From the NCBI GenBank assembly GCA_036280655.1, contig DASUQI010000037.1:8735-72734 (forward strand): DNA of 64,000 nucleotides. Reading direction: 5' to 3'. This document shows positions 1 through 9,580 of the stretch, piece after piece (the stretch's first letter is position 1; each line of letters opens with the position of its first letter). Both the position numbers and the translations under genes were made by a program. Under the pieces are notes generated by a model, which saw nothing but the letters and a program-made list of their open reading frames with translations, was not told the DNA's origin and did not search any database. Source of the DNA: Actinomycetota bacterium. Its GTDB lineage: Bacteria > Actinomycetota > UBA4738 > HRBIN12.

Positions 1-1586
1 GCCTTCACCGCGTCCGAGGGCGCACGGTCGACCGTCAGCCGTTCGATCTCCTCGGTCATCTGCAGCACCTCGTACAGCCCGATCCGGCCGCGGTAGCCGG
101 TGTTCGAGCAGGCCCCGCAGCCCGACGGCCGGAACAGCTCGCCGAGATCCGGGATCCGCGATCCCGCGTAGCCGGCCTCGAGCAGCTCGCCCGGATCGGG
201 TGCGTACGCCTTCTTGCACCTCTCGCAGAGCTTGCGGGCGAGCCGCTGCGCGACGATGCAGTCGATCGCAGATCCGACGAGGAACGTCTCGACCTCCATC
301 TCGATCAGGCGCGTGATCGCCGACGGGGCGTCGTTCGTGTGGAGCGAGGAAAGGACGAGGTGGCCGGTGAGGGCCGACTCCACCGCGATCATCGCCGTCT
401 CACGGTCGCGGATCTCACCGATCAGGATGATGTCGGGGTCGGCGCGAAGGATCGAGCGGAGGGCCGACGCGAACGTGAGCCCCGCCTTCGGGTTCACCTG
501 GATCTGGTTGACGCCCGGCAGCCGGTACTCGACCGGGTCCTCGACCGTCACGATGTGGCGGTCCGCCTGGTTCACGATGTTCAAGGTCGCGTACAGGGTG
601 GTGGACTTCCCCGATCCGGTCGGCCCGGTGACCAGGATCGCGCCGTACGGCTTCCGGAACGAGTCCTCGTAGCGGTCGAACGAGTCCGGCTGGAAGCCGA
701 GCTCGGACAGCTGGAGCATCGCGTTGCTCTTGTCCAGGATGCGGATCACGATCTTCTCCCCGTGCACCGTGGGCAGCGTCGCCAGCCGAAGATCAAGGCT
801 CCGGTTGTTCACGCGGAGCGACACGCGGCCGTCCTGGGGGACGCGCTTCTCGGCGATGTTGAGGTCGCCCATGACCTTGAGCCGGCTGATGAGGCCGCCC
901 TGGATGCTCTTCGGCGAGTGCATGACCTCGTGGAGCACGCCGTCCACGCGGAACCGGACCCGGACGTCCTTCTCCGTCGGCTCGATGTGCACGTCGGAGG
1001 CGCGGTCGGCGGCCGCCTGGGTCATGATCGCCTGGACGAGCTTGACGATCGGCGCGTCCTCGACCGCGGCCTCGACCTCCTGGAGCGAGACCTCCTCGTC
1101 GAGCGCCTCGGCGGCCTCGGAGGCGAGCGCCTCGACCTGATCCCCCATCCCGGAGAACTTGGCGATCGCCTGTTCCACGTCGTTCGCCGTGGCGACGACG
1201 GGACGGACCTCGCGACCCGTGATCGTGCGGATGTCGTCGAGCGCGTACACGTTCGCCGGGTCGGACATCGCGACGAGGAGCTTCCCGTCGTCCTCGCCGA
1301 TCGGCAGCGCGCGGTAGCGGCGGCAGAGCGCCTCGGGCAGCAGCGCCGTCGAGGCGGCGTCGATCCGATACTCGGTGAGGTCGACGAACTCGAGCCCCAC
1401 CTGCTCGGCGAGCGCGCGGACGAGGTCGCGTTCGCGGATGTACCCGAGGTCGATAAGCACCCGGCCGAGCGACTTGGGGGTGTTGCGGTGCTCCTCGAGC
1501 GCACGCTGAAGATGCTCCTCGGTGATCAGGCCCTGTTCGATCAGTATCTGACCCAGCTGCTTCGGCTTGCGCTGCGTCGTCATCAT
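1..1586 (-). CDS. pilB: Type IV pilus / type II secretion assembly ATPase (PilB/GspE family). The C-terminus runs past the window start.
   Basis: Minus-strand translation gives MMTTQRKPKQLGQILIEQGLITEEHL..., a Walker A motif LVTGPTGSGKSTT, and a C-terminal tetracysteine (CERCKK...CGACSNTGYRGR) typical of GspE/PilB. The ORF is absent from the track because it is truncated by the window edge. Confidence 0.85.
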   Translation of the reverse strand, partial: MMTTQRKPKQLGQILIEQGLITEEHLQRALEEHRNTPKSLGRVLIDLGYIRERDLVRALAEQVGLEFVDLTEYRIDAASTALLPEALCRRYRALPIGEDDGKLLVAMSDPANVYALDDIRTITGREVRPVVATANDVEQAIAKFSGMGDQVEALASEAAEALDEEVSLQEVEAAVEDAPIVKLVQAIMTQAAADRASDVHIEPTEKDVRVRFRVDGVLHEVMHSPKSIQGGLISRLKVMGDLNIAEKRVPQDGRVSLRVNNRSLDLRLATLPTVHGEKIVIRILDKSNAMLQLSELGFQPDSFDRYEDSFRKPYGAILVTGPTGSGKSTTLYATLNIVNQADRHIVTVEDPVEYRLPGVNQIQVNPKAGLTFASALRSILRADPDIILIGEIRDRETAMIAVESALTGHLVLSSLHTNDAPSAITRLIEMEVETFLVGSAIDCIVAQRLARKLCERCKKAYAPDPGELLEAGYAGSRIPDLGELFRPSGCGACSNTGYRGRIGLYEVLQMTEEIERLTVDRAPSDAVK

Positions 1587-1617
1587 GCCGAGCTACGCCC
1601 TTCGGTCCCAGGGTCGC

Positions 1618-2361
1618 CTAACCATCGGCACCCTCATCGGGGTCCTGTAGGAGCCGCCCGAACTCGCGCGCGAGGGAGAAGCGGTCGACGTCGCTCCGGT
1701 CGTCCGAGAGGTCCCACAGCCCGGCATCGAGCCTGGAGGGCTCCTCGGCCGACGGCTCGGGTGGTCCGGGCGGGGGCCCCTCCCCGGGGGACGGGGCACC
1801 GGTCGGTTCCCCGGTGGTCCCGTCGGCCGGATCCGCCGCTCCCGGGGCGATCGAGCCGAGCGCCTCTGTCGGCCGCCCGGTGCCTTCGCCCGCCGAGGCC
1901 GCGCGCACGGCGGCGGCGACCGCGGCCTCGTCTCCCGCGCCGTTGACGACGGGCTCCCCCGCGGGCCGGTCGGGGTGGAGCGGCGTCCGGCGCCTCGAGG
2001 ACGGGGCGGCGGGCACCACGGGTTCGTCGCCGGCCGGACGGTTGACCCGCGTCTCCTCGGCCGACAGCAGCAGCCGATCCATGTGGTCGATCACGAGCCC
2101 CGGCCGGGCGGCCGGGCCTGCGACGACGAACGCCGCGTACGGGCGACGGCGGACGTAGCACCAGGTCTCGGTCCCGAACTGCACGAAGCCGCGCTCCGGC
2201 TCCCCGACCGCGGCGAACCGGATCCACGCCGGGCGGACGCTCCCTTCGCCGTCGGGCAGGAACGAGCCGACGACCAGGCCGTCCCTGGAGAGGATGAGAC
2301 AGCCGCGGACGTCGCCGACCCCGGCCGCGAGCGTGGACGCGAGACCGCTGAGTTCGTCCAT
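1618..2361 (-). CDS. Roadblock/LC7 (MglB-like) domain protein with a proline-rich, low-complexity C-terminal tail.
   Basis: Internal ATG of ORF 1618..2583: MDELSGLASTLAAGVGDVRGCLILSRDGLVVGSF... (roadblock fold signature), followed by a PGPPEP-rich tail. The N-terminal 74 aa of the track ORF look like high-GC read-through. Confidence 0.6.
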   Translation of the reverse strand: MDELSGLASTLAAGVGDVRGCLILSRDGLVVGSFLPDGEGSVRPAWIRFAAVGEPERGFVQFGTETWCYVRRRPYAAFVVAGPAARPGLVIDHMDRLLLSAEETRVNRPAGDEPVVPAAPSSRRRTPLHPDRPAGEPVVNGAGDEAAVAAAVRAASAGEGTGRPTEALGSIAPGAADPADGTTGEPTGAPSPGEGPPPGPPEPSAEEPSRLDAGLWDLSDDRSDVDRFSLAREFGRLLQDPDEGADG

Positions 2362-2435
2362 CAAAGAGAGTGGGCTCCGACTGAACCATCGGGCCCGCCC
2401 GCGAACGTCTTGAGGACGACTGGGGGTTCGGCGGG

Positions 2436-3254
2436 TCAGGACCCCGAGCTCGAGCCTGGCTCGGCGAGCTCGGCGAGCGCCGCCGCCGACATCACGTCCA
2501 AGGGCGGCACGCGGCCGGTCCACAGCTCGAACGCGATCGCCCCCTGGTGCAGCAGGAGGCCGACGCCGCCGAACGCCGCGCACCCGGCGCGACGGGCCTC
2601 CGACAGGAGCGTCGTCGAGGCCGGCCGCGTGAGCAGATCCACGGCGAGGCCACCCGGGTCGAGCGGCGGGAGCGGCAACGGCTCCCCGCGGGCGCCGAGC
2701 GGCGTCGCGTTCACGACGAGGTTCGCCGGAACCCCGTTCGCGTCCTCGAACGCTACTCCCGACACCTTCGTCCCGAAGGGCTCCACTAGGAGTCCAACCC
2801 TTTCAGCGTGCTCCGGCCTGCGAACCGCCACCGTCAGCGCGGCGAGCCCCCGCCGCGCGAGCGCGAGCGAACAGGCGCGTGCGGCGCCGCCCGCCCCGAG
2901 CACGAGCGCCGTCCGCCCCGAGGGGTCGAACCCCGCGTCGACGTCGAGGAACCGATCGAATCCCGAGACGTCGGTGTTGTGGCCCGCGAGCCCCTCGGCG
3001 CCGACCACGATCGTGTTCACGGCCCGGAGAGCGCGCGCGTCCTCGGAGAGGTCGCCGATCAGGTCGGCGCACTCGGTCTTGTGGGGCATCGTGACGTTCG
3101 CGCCCGAGAACCCGAGCGCGGGCAGGCCGGCCAGCGCGGCCGCCACCTGCCCTGGGGGCACCGGGAATGGCACGTAGACCCAGTCCATCCCGAGCGCCTC
3201 GAACGCCGCGTTGTGGATCGCGGGCGAGAGGCTGTGCTCGACGGGCCAGCCCAT
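2436..3254 (-). CDS. aroE: Shikimate dehydrogenase.
   Basis: MGWPVEHSLSPAIHNAAFEALGMDW...NVTMPHK...LGAGGAARA motifs. Start is taken at the internal ATG (GTG one codon upstream is also possible). The upstream 30 aa of the track ORF would overlap the mltG stop. Confidence 0.85.
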   Translation of the reverse strand: MGWPVEHSLSPAIHNAAFEALGMDWVYVPFPVPPGQVAAALAGLPALGFSGANVTMPHKTECADLIGDLSEDARALRAVNTIVVGAEGLAGHNTDVSGFDRFLDVDAGFDPSGRTALVLGAGGAARACSLALARRGLAALTVAVRRPEHAERVGLLVEPFGTKVSGVAFEDANGVPANLVVNATPLGARGEPLPLPPLDPGGLAVDLLTRPASTTLLSEARRAGCAAFGGVGLLLHQGAIAFELWTGRVPPLDVMSAAALAELAEPGSSSGS

Positions 3255-3333
3255 CACGCCGACCGTGTGCGTGGACCCCGCGACCCTCCCGGGCCGGCCG
3301 GGGACCTCGGTCACCGTTCGGCCCGCCCGGGGC

Positions 3334-4401
3334 TCATTCGCCACACATGACGCGGTTGGCCTCGTGCTCGGCCGCGTTCAGGCCGAACTCGTGATGGCCG
3401 TCCTCGCCGCACAGCACGTAGAAGAGGAACTCCGTGTCGGCCGGAGCCAGCGCCGCTTCGAGCGACGCGCGGCCCGGGCTCGCGATCGGCGTCGGCGGCA
3501 GGCCGGGGTTGATCCTTGTGTTGTAGGGGCTGTCGAACTCGAGGTCCGAGAACGACAGCTGCCCGTCGGGCGTCGGGTCGTCGTACAGCAGCGTCGCGTC
3601 GATCCCGAGCGTCATCGGGATCGCGAGCCGGTTGTAGATCACCCCGGCGATCAGCGCGCGCTCCTCGTCGAGCGCGGCCTCCTTCTCGATCATCGAGGCG
3701 ATCACCACGACCTCGTAGGGCGTGACGCCGAGCTCCTCCGCGCTGTCCCACGGCAGGCCCTCGGCCTCGACCCCGAACTGGTCGAGCAGCTCCTGGATCA
3801 CGTCGCCGGGCCGGGTCTCGCCCTCGACGAACTCGTACGTCTCGGGGAACAGGAACCCCTCGGGGCTCTCGGCGTCCTTCGGCAGGTAGGGCGGGGCCGA
3901 CCAGTTCCCGGACCGGACCGCCTTCATGAACCGCTTCGCCGGGATCCCGAGGGACTCCTGCACGCGTTCGGCGATCTGGGTGAGCCGGTAGCCCTCGGGG
4001 ATCGTCAGCCGGACCGTCGAGACGGGTTCGGGCGGCGTCGTGAGCACCTCGAATGCCGCGTCCGGCGTCATGTTCGTCGTGAGCTCGAACGTCCCCGCGC
4101 GGAACTCGCCCTCGTCGCCGCTCCGCCGCAGGAGCCATTTCGACACGAGGCCGCACCGGACGACGCCCTGCTCGTGGAGCCCGTCGACGATCTCCGATCC
4201 GCTCTGTCCGTCACGGACCTCGAACGTGACGGGGTCCTGCGGTCCGGAGGCCTCCTGGCACCAGTCGTAGTACCGCGCCGACGCGATGCCGAGCCCCACG
4301 AGCGACAGCACCACGACGAGCGCGACCCAGCGGCCCCAGCGCGCGCTGCGTTCGACGCGACGACGTGGAGGGTTTTCCTGCCTGGGGGGAGCTTCCTGCA
4401 T
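3334..4401 (-). CDS. mltG: Endolytic murein transglycosylase MltG (YceG family).
   Basis: N-terminal transmembrane helix then a YceG-like domain (…GYRLTQIAERV…IASMIEKEA…VIYNRL…). It holds the conserved position between ruvX and aroE. Confidence 0.9.
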   Translation of the reverse strand: MQEAPPRQENPPRRRVERSARWGRWVALVVVLSLVGLGIASARYYDWCQEASGPQDPVTFEVRDGQSGSEIVDGLHEQGVVRCGLVSKWLLRRSGDEGEFRAGTFELTTNMTPDAAFEVLTTPPEPVSTVRLTIPEGYRLTQIAERVQESLGIPAKRFMKAVRSGNWSAPPYLPKDAESPEGFLFPETYEFVEGETRPGDVIQELLDQFGVEAEGLPWDSAEELGVTPYEVVVIASMIEKEAALDEERALIAGVIYNRLAIPMTLGIDATLLYDDPTPDGQLSFSDLEFDSPYNTRINPGLPPTPIASPGRASLEAALAPADTEFLFYVLCGEDGHHEFGLNAAEHEANRVMCGE

Positions 4402-4463
4402 CGGCTCGGCAGCATACCGGGCACCCGCGGAAAGGCCGGTTCGGAGCCGGTCAACGCGCGGCG

Positions 4464-4961
4464 TCAGACCGCGCGTTCGGCGTCGAGCCAGGCCTGCAGG
4501 ATCACCGTGGCGGCCGAACGGTCGACCGCGCGCCGGCGATCGCGGCCGGTGGCGCCGGCCTCGCGCAGTGAGCGTTCGGCCTCCGACGTCGAGAGGCGCT
4601 CGTCCTGCAGGACGACGGGGACGGGGACGACGGCGCGCAGGGCGTCCGCGAAGCGCTCGGCGTGGTGTGCCCGGTCCCCGCGCTCCCCCGACAGCAGGAG
4701 CGGGTGGCCGACGACGACCGCAGTGACGGTGTGCTGGTCGACGAGCGCGGCGATCGCCTTCAGGTCCGCCGGCGCGCCCGTGCGGACCGTGCCGAGCGGG
4801 ACCGCGAGTCGCCGATCGTCGTCCGAGATCGCGACGCCGATCCGCGCGTCGCCGAGGTCGAGCCCGAGGACCCGCCCCTCCCCCGGGGGGCTACCGCTCG
4901 CGCGTTCGCGCTCGCATCCGCGTGAGCGCCTTGAGCCCCCCGAGCCCCCCGCCTCAGTCAC
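4464..4961 (-). CDS. ruvX: Putative pre-16S rRNA nuclease / Holliday-junction resolvase-like protein YqgF (RuvX).
   Basis: GRVLGLDLGDARIGVAISD...AVVVGHP motifs. The GTG start overlaps the alaS stop (GTGACTGA, 8-nt overlap). The exact start is uncertain. Confidence 0.8.
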   Translation of the reverse strand: MTEAGGSGGSRRSRGCERERASGSPPGEGRVLGLDLGDARIGVAISDDDRRLAVPLGTVRTGAPADLKAIAALVDQHTVTAVVVGHPLLLSGERGDRAHHAERFADALRAVVPVPVVLQDERLSTSEAERSLREAGATGRDRRRAVDRSAATVILQAWLDAERAV

Positions 4962-7599
4962 CGTCGCGAAGGAGCTCCTCCAGGCGCGGCTCGATCGCCC
5001 TCAGGGCCTTCGCGAACGCCTCCCCCTTCGGGCCGCCGGAGAACGCGAGTCCGGGTTTGCCCCCAGCTCCCCCGCCCACGATCTTCGCGGCGGGGTCGAG
5101 CAGCGCGGGCGCGGTCACGCCCCGTGCCTGCAGGTTCGGCGACGCGGCGGCCACGAGCAGGGCCTTGCCGTCTTGCCCGGTCGCCAGGACGACGGCGGCG
5201 CCCTCCGGGTTCTCGAGGCGGTTCGCCACGTCCTGCGCCAGCGTCCGGAGCTCGTCGGCCGGCGCGTCGTGCTGCAGCGCGACGAGCCTCGCGCCTGCGA
5301 CCACGCCGGGGTCGCTCGCCAGCTGCTCGGCGAGGCCCCGTTGCTGCTCCCGGTCCTTGCGTCCCTGCTCCGCCTCGAGCTGCTTCACGCGTTCCACGTA
5401 GTGCCGCGCGCGCTCGAGGGCGCCCTTGGGATCCGTCCCGAGGGCCTCCGCCACCGCGCGCAGCAGGTCGCGCTCGAGGATGATCTCGCGGACCGCGTCC
5501 GGGCCGACCACCGCCTCGACCCTTCGCATCCCGGCGCCGATCGAGCCCTCGTGCAGGATGTGGACGGTCCCGACCTCGCCGCTGTGGTGCACGTGTGTGC
5601 CGCCGCAGAGCTCGACCGAGTAGTCGCCCACCTCGACCACGCGGACGAAGTCGCCGTACCTCTCGCCGAACAGCGCGATCGCGCCCTGGTTCCTCGCCTC
5701 GTCGAACGTCGTCTCGTAGATCGTGACCTGGTCGTCCGAGGACGTCTTGTCGTTCGCGATCCCCTCGGCCTCCTCGAGCGCGGTCCACCCGACCGGCGCG
5801 TGGTGCGGGAAGTCGAACCGCAGCCGCCCGGGACCCACGAGCGAACCCGCCTGCCGGGCGTGCTCGCCCAGCAGATGCTTCAGCGTCCAGTGGACGATGT
5901 GGGTCGCCGTGTGCGCCCGCGCGGTCGCCTCGCGTCGCCCCGCGTCGACCTCGCCGTGGACCTCCTCACCGGCGCGGAGCTCGCCCGACTCGACGACCCC
6001 GGTGTGCACGATCACGTCGCCGGGGCCGAACTGCGCGTCGAGGACGCGGACGGTCCCCGCTTCGCCGCGGACGAGCCCCTGGTCGCCGACCTGCCCTCCC
6101 GACTCGGCGTAGAACGGCGTGCGGTCCAGGACGAACCGCACCTCGTCCCCCTCCGAGACGACGTCCTTCCTCCCGTCGTCGCCGAGCAACGCCAGTACCC
6201 GCGCGTCCGACTCGGTCGAGCCGTATCCGACGAACTCCGATTTCCCCGACTCGGCCGCGACCGCCGCGAGCTCCTCGTCCGCGCGACCCTTCCGGGCGCT
6301 CCGCTTGGCCCGCTCGCGCTGTTCGGCCATGAGCGCCTCGAAGAGGTCCTCGTCGATCTCGAGGCCGGCGTCCTCGGCGAGCTCGCGCGTGAGCTCCTTC
6401 GGGAAGCCGAACGTGTCGTGCAGCTTGAACACGACGTCGCCCGGGATCCGCGAGCCCGGTTCGGAGCGCACGACCTCGGCGTCGAACAGCGCCATCCCCT
6501 GGCGGAGCGTGCCGGCGAACCGTTCCTCCTCCGACTCCGCCACCTGCTCGACGTACGCGCGGTTCTCCACGAGCTCGGGGTACGTAGCGCCGAACATCTC
6601 GACGACACGCCCGATGATCGGAGGCGTGACATCGTGCTCGATCCCGAGGCGTCCGGCGTGCAAGACGATCCGGCGCAGCATCCGGCGCAAGACGTACCCG
6701 CGGCCCTCGTTCGAAGGCTGGACACCGTCTGCGATGAGGAACGTCGTCGCGCGACCGTGCTCGGCCAGGATCTTCAACGACACGTCGTGGGCCGGATCGT
6801 GCCCGTGGGTCTTCCCGGAGAGCGACTCGCCGACCTCGAGCAGCGGCCGGAGCAGATCCGTCTCGAACACGTTCTCCGCACCCTGCAGCAGCATCGCCAC
6901 GCGCTCGAGCGAGGAGCCCGTGTCCACGTTCTTCGCGGGGAGCGATCCGACCACCTCGAGCCGGTCGTCGACCTGATCCTGGATGAAGACCAGGTTCCAG
7001 ATCTCCATGAACCGCTCCTCGTCGACGTCGGGACCGCCCTCCGGGCCGTACTTCGGACCGCGGTCGATGAAGATCTCGCTGCACGGCCCGCCGGGCCCGG
7101 CAGTATGCGTGTGCCAGTAGTTCGCCAACTCGCCCTCGCCATCGAGGAACCCACGCCGCACGATCCGATCCCGGGCGAGCCCGACACCATCGACCCAACC
7201 TGCGATCGCCTCGTCATCCTGCTCGAAGACGGTCACCCAGAGGAGGTCGTGGTCGATCCCCCACACCTCGGTCACGAGCTCGTGGGCCCAACGGATCGCG
7301 TCGGTCTTGAAGTAGTCCCCGAACGAGAAGTTGCCCAGCATCTCGAAGAAGGTCTCGTGTCGCGCATCGCGCCCCACGATCTCGATGTCCTTGGTCCGCA
7401 TCACCTTCTGGCAGGTCACGGCCCGAGGGTACGGCGGGTCCGCATGGCCCAGGAAGAACGGGATGAACTGGTTCATCCCGGCGTTCGTGAGCAGGAGCCC
7501 CGACTCGGGCGGGGGGATCAGCGATGAGGAGGGCACGACGCGGTGCTGGCGCTCCTCGAAGAAGCGCAGGAACGACGCGCGGATCTCTCGGCCTTCCAT
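4954..7599 (-). CDS. alaS: Alanine--tRNA ligase.
   Basis: 881 aa. MEGREIRASFLRFFEERQHRVVPSSSLIP..., class II motifs, the editing-domain HTATH motif, and a C-terminal DHHA1-like end. Confidence 0.95.
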   Translation of the reverse strand: MEGREIRASFLRFFEERQHRVVPSSSLIPPPESGLLLTNAGMNQFIPFFLGHADPPYPRAVTCQKVMRTKDIEIVGRDARHETFFEMLGNFSFGDYFKTDAIRWAHELVTEVWGIDHDLLWVTVFEQDDEAIAGWVDGVGLARDRIVRRGFLDGEGELANYWHTHTAGPGGPCSEIFIDRGPKYGPEGGPDVDEERFMEIWNLVFIQDQVDDRLEVVGSLPAKNVDTGSSLERVAMLLQGAENVFETDLLRPLLEVGESLSGKTHGHDPAHDVSLKILAEHGRATTFLIADGVQPSNEGRGYVLRRMLRRIVLHAGRLGIEHDVTPPIIGRVVEMFGATYPELVENRAYVEQVAESEEERFAGTLRQGMALFDAEVVRSEPGSRIPGDVVFKLHDTFGFPKELTRELAEDAGLEIDEDLFEALMAEQRERAKRSARKGRADEELAAVAAESGKSEFVGYGSTESDARVLALLGDDGRKDVVSEGDEVRFVLDRTPFYAESGGQVGDQGLVRGEAGTVRVLDAQFGPGDVIVHTGVVESGELRAGEEVHGEVDAGRREATARAHTATHIVHWTLKHLLGEHARQAGSLVGPGRLRFDFPHHAPVGWTALEEAEGIANDKTSSDDQVTIYETTFDEARNQGAIALFGERYGDFVRVVEVGDYSVELCGGTHVHHSGEVGTVHILHEGSIGAGMRRVEAVVGPDAVREIILERDLLRAVAEALGTDPKGALERARHYVERVKQLEAEQGRKDREQQRGLAEQLASDPGVVAGARLVALQHDAPADELRTLAQDVANRLENPEGAAVVLATGQDGKALLVAAASPNLQARGVTAPALLDPAAKIVGGGAGGKPGLAFSGGPKGEAFAKALRAIEPRLEELLRDGD

Positions 7600-7612
7600 C
7601 GGGAAGGCGAGT

Positions 7613-7873
7613 CTACCCGGCGGGTCCCGCCCGGCCGCTCACCGGCTCCTCCTCGGACGCCAGGAGCTCCGCCTCCTTGTCGCGCATCGCCTGCTTGCCC
7701 TCGGCGATCGACTCGGAGACCAGCTTCGCGAGGTCGAGCATCCCGCCGCGAGCCTCGCGGGCGATCCGGGCGGGCGCCACCTTCTCGCGCTGGCGGCGGA
7801 GGAAGCGCGCCGACATGATCGCGGTCACCGCCCCGGCGCCGAGGCCGAGGGCGAGCCAGAACAGCCGCCTCAC
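7613..7873 (-). CDS. Small membrane protein.
   Basis: 86 aa with an N-terminal hydrophobic helix (LFWLALGLGAGAVTAIM). It is 4-nt overlapped with the upstream gene, suggesting translational coupling. Confidence 0.5.
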   Translation of the reverse strand: MRRLFWLALGLGAGAVTAIMSARFLRRQREKVAPARIAREARGGMLDLAKLVSESIAEGKQAMRDKEAELLASEEEPVSGRAGPAG

Positions 7874-8256
7874 GCGCCGGCCTTGCCTCGGCCCTTGCCG
7901 CCGAAGCGACTCGACGCTTTCCGCAGCCCCGCGCCGACCGAGATGATCTTCACGAGCGGCCCCGACACGGCCTGCTCCACGAGGCCGGAGATCCGGCGGA
8001 ACCGTCCGACGATCTCATCGGCCACGACCAGCATCCCGTCGACCCGGTCGAGCTCGCGGTTCGTCCGCTCGACCGACCCCTTGACCTCGCGCAGTAGCGG
8101 AACGGTCTCCTCGCGCATCGCGTCGATGATCAGCTTCGTGCTCTCGAGCACGCGGAACGTGTTGATGAGCACGATGCACAGGAACAGCACGAGCAGTCCC
8201 CAGAAGGCCGAGAGGACGATGAGGGCGACGTCTCCTCCGTCGAGCGCTGCGATCAC
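7870..8256 (-). CDS. DUF948-like membrane protein (N-terminal transmembrane helix plus coiled coil).
   Basis: 128 aa: MIAALDGGDVALIVLSAFWGLLVLFLCIVLINTFRVLESTKLIIDAMREE... This resembles the small membrane proteins commonly found upstream of alaS in Actinobacteria. Confidence 0.55.
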   Translation of the reverse strand: MIAALDGGDVALIVLSAFWGLLVLFLCIVLINTFRVLESTKLIIDAMREETVPLLREVKGSVERTNRELDRVDGMLVVADEIVGRFRRISGLVEQAVSGPLVKIISVGAGLRKASSRFGGKGRGKAGA

Positions 8257-8290
8257 GGCGTGTGCCCTCCTTGCGGCTCGGGTCCGGGCA

Positions 8291-9574
8291 TCATACCGAC
8301 GGCGCCGATCCGGGGTTCTCCTCGGTCTCCTCGGTCTCCTCGGTCTCCTCGGTCTCCTCGCCTTCGCCCGACGGCTCGTAGTAGCGCTCGCCCTCGAACC
8401 GCGCCGGCCGGTACTGCTGCTCGACCACGTGCCCGGGGTAGTCGTGCGGGTACCGGTACTCCTTGCCGAAGCCGAGCTTCTTCAGCCCCGTGTGGCCGGA
8501 CGGCTCCTTCAGGTGGAGCGGCACGGGATCGGCCGAACGCGCGTCCTTGCTCGCCTTGCCGAGCGCGGCGACCACGCTGTTCGACTTCGGGGCCCGGGCG
8601 AGGTAGATCGCCGCCTCGGCGAGGTTCAGCTGCGCCTCGGGCAGCCCGACGTACTCCACCGCGTGGGCGGCGGCCACGGCGACGAGCAACGCCCGGGGGT
8701 CGGCGAGCCCGATGTCCTCGCTCGCGTGCACGACCATCCGCCGCGCGATGTAGCGGGGGTCCTCGCCCGCCTCGATCATCCGCGCGAGCCAGAACAGCGC
8801 CCCGTCAGGGTCCGAGCCGCGGATGCTCTTGATGAACGCCGAGATCACGTCGTAGTGCGCGTCGCCCTGCCGGTCGTACACGATCGCCTTCTGCTGTGCG
8901 GCGTCGGCCGCCCGCTCGAGCGTGACCGTGTCCTCTCCGGCCGAGCTTGCGGCGAGGACCGCCGCCTCGAGCCCGGTGAGCGCGATCCTCGCGTCGCCGC
9001 CGGCGATCTCCACGAGGTGGGCGAACGCCTCGTCCGACACCTCGACGCCCTGCTTGCCGAGCCCCCGGTCCTCGTCGGTGAGCGCGCGTTCGAGCAGGGT
9101 CCGCAGCTCCGCGTCGCGGAGCGGCTCGAGCTGCAGCAGGATGCAGCGCGAGAGCAGCGGCGTGACGAGCGAGAAGTACGGGTTCTCGGTCGTCGCGCCG
9201 AGCAGGGTCACGGTGCCCTCCTCGACGGCGGGGAGGAGCACATCCTGCTGCGCCTTCGACCAGCGATGCACCTCGTCCACGAACAGGACGGTCCGGAACA
9301 GCGCCCCCTTCGCCTGATCGATCACCTTGCGCGCGTCGGCGACCCCGGAGGACACGGCCGAGAGCTGCACGAGCTCGCCGCCGACCGCGTCCGCGAGCAG
9401 GTACGCGAGCGTGGTCTTTCCGGTCCCGGCCGGACCCCAGAGCACGATCGAGGGGAGGTGGCCGCCCTCGAGGAGCTGCGTGAGCGCCTTCCCCGGGCCG
9501 ATCAGATGCGCCTGGCCGACGAACTCGTCGAACGTCCTCGGCCGCAGTCGCGCCGCCAGGGGGACGTCGGCCAC
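8291..9574 (-). CDS. rarA: Replication-associated recombination protein A (AAA+ ATPase RarA/MgsA).
   Basis: LRPRTFDEFVGQ...GPAGTGKTTLA...FVDEVHRW plus a MgsA C-terminal domain. The tail ends EETEETEETEETEE. Confidence 0.9.
   Translation of the reverse strand: MADVPLAARLRPRTFDEFVGQAHLIGPGKALTQLLEGGHLPSIVLWGPAGTGKTTLAYLLADAVGGELVQLSAVSSGVADARKVIDQAKGALFRTVLFVDEVHRWSKAQQDVLLPAVEEGTVTLLGATTENPYFSLVTPLLSRCILLQLEPLRDAELRTLLERALTDEDRGLGKQGVEVSDEAFAHLVEIAGGDARIALTGLEAAVLAASSAGEDTVTLERAADAAQQKAIVYDRQGDAHYDVISAFIKSIRGSDPDGALFWLARMIEAGEDPRYIARRMVVHASEDIGLADPRALLVAVAAAHAVEYVGLPEAQLNLAEAAIYLARAPKSNSVVAALGKASKDARSADPVPLHLKEPSGHTGLKKLGFGKEYRYPHDYPGHVVEQQYRPARFEGERYYEPSGEGEETEETEETEETEENPGSAPSV
8318..8362. 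repeat. Tandem 9-bp repeat (ctcctcggt ×5) inside the rarA 3' end. It encodes (EET)n.
   Basis: The plus strand reads ctcctcggtctcctcggtctcctcggtctcctcggtctcctcg. On the minus strand this gives EETEETEETEETEE at the RarA C-terminus. Confidence 0.85.
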
Positions 9575-9580
9575 CGGACC

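Noticed and set aside
339-1946. 535-aa plus-strand ORF (also 214..672, 724..1140, 1022..1504).
   Set aside because: Arg/Asp/Pro-rich with no motifs, and antisense or off-frame to the clear PilB-like gene on the minus strand. This is the typical high-GC shadow ORF.
2436-3344. Full-length 302-aa aroE ORF with an MANEPRAGRTVTEV… N-terminus.
   Set aside because: The 30-aa extension is atypical for AroE and overlaps the mltG stop. The shorter start at 3254/3257 is preferred, though not proven.
3211-7527. 1438-aa plus-strand ORF.
   Set aside because: Antisense to mltG, ruvX and alaS. Low-complexity R/D/L/P composition. No protein family signature.
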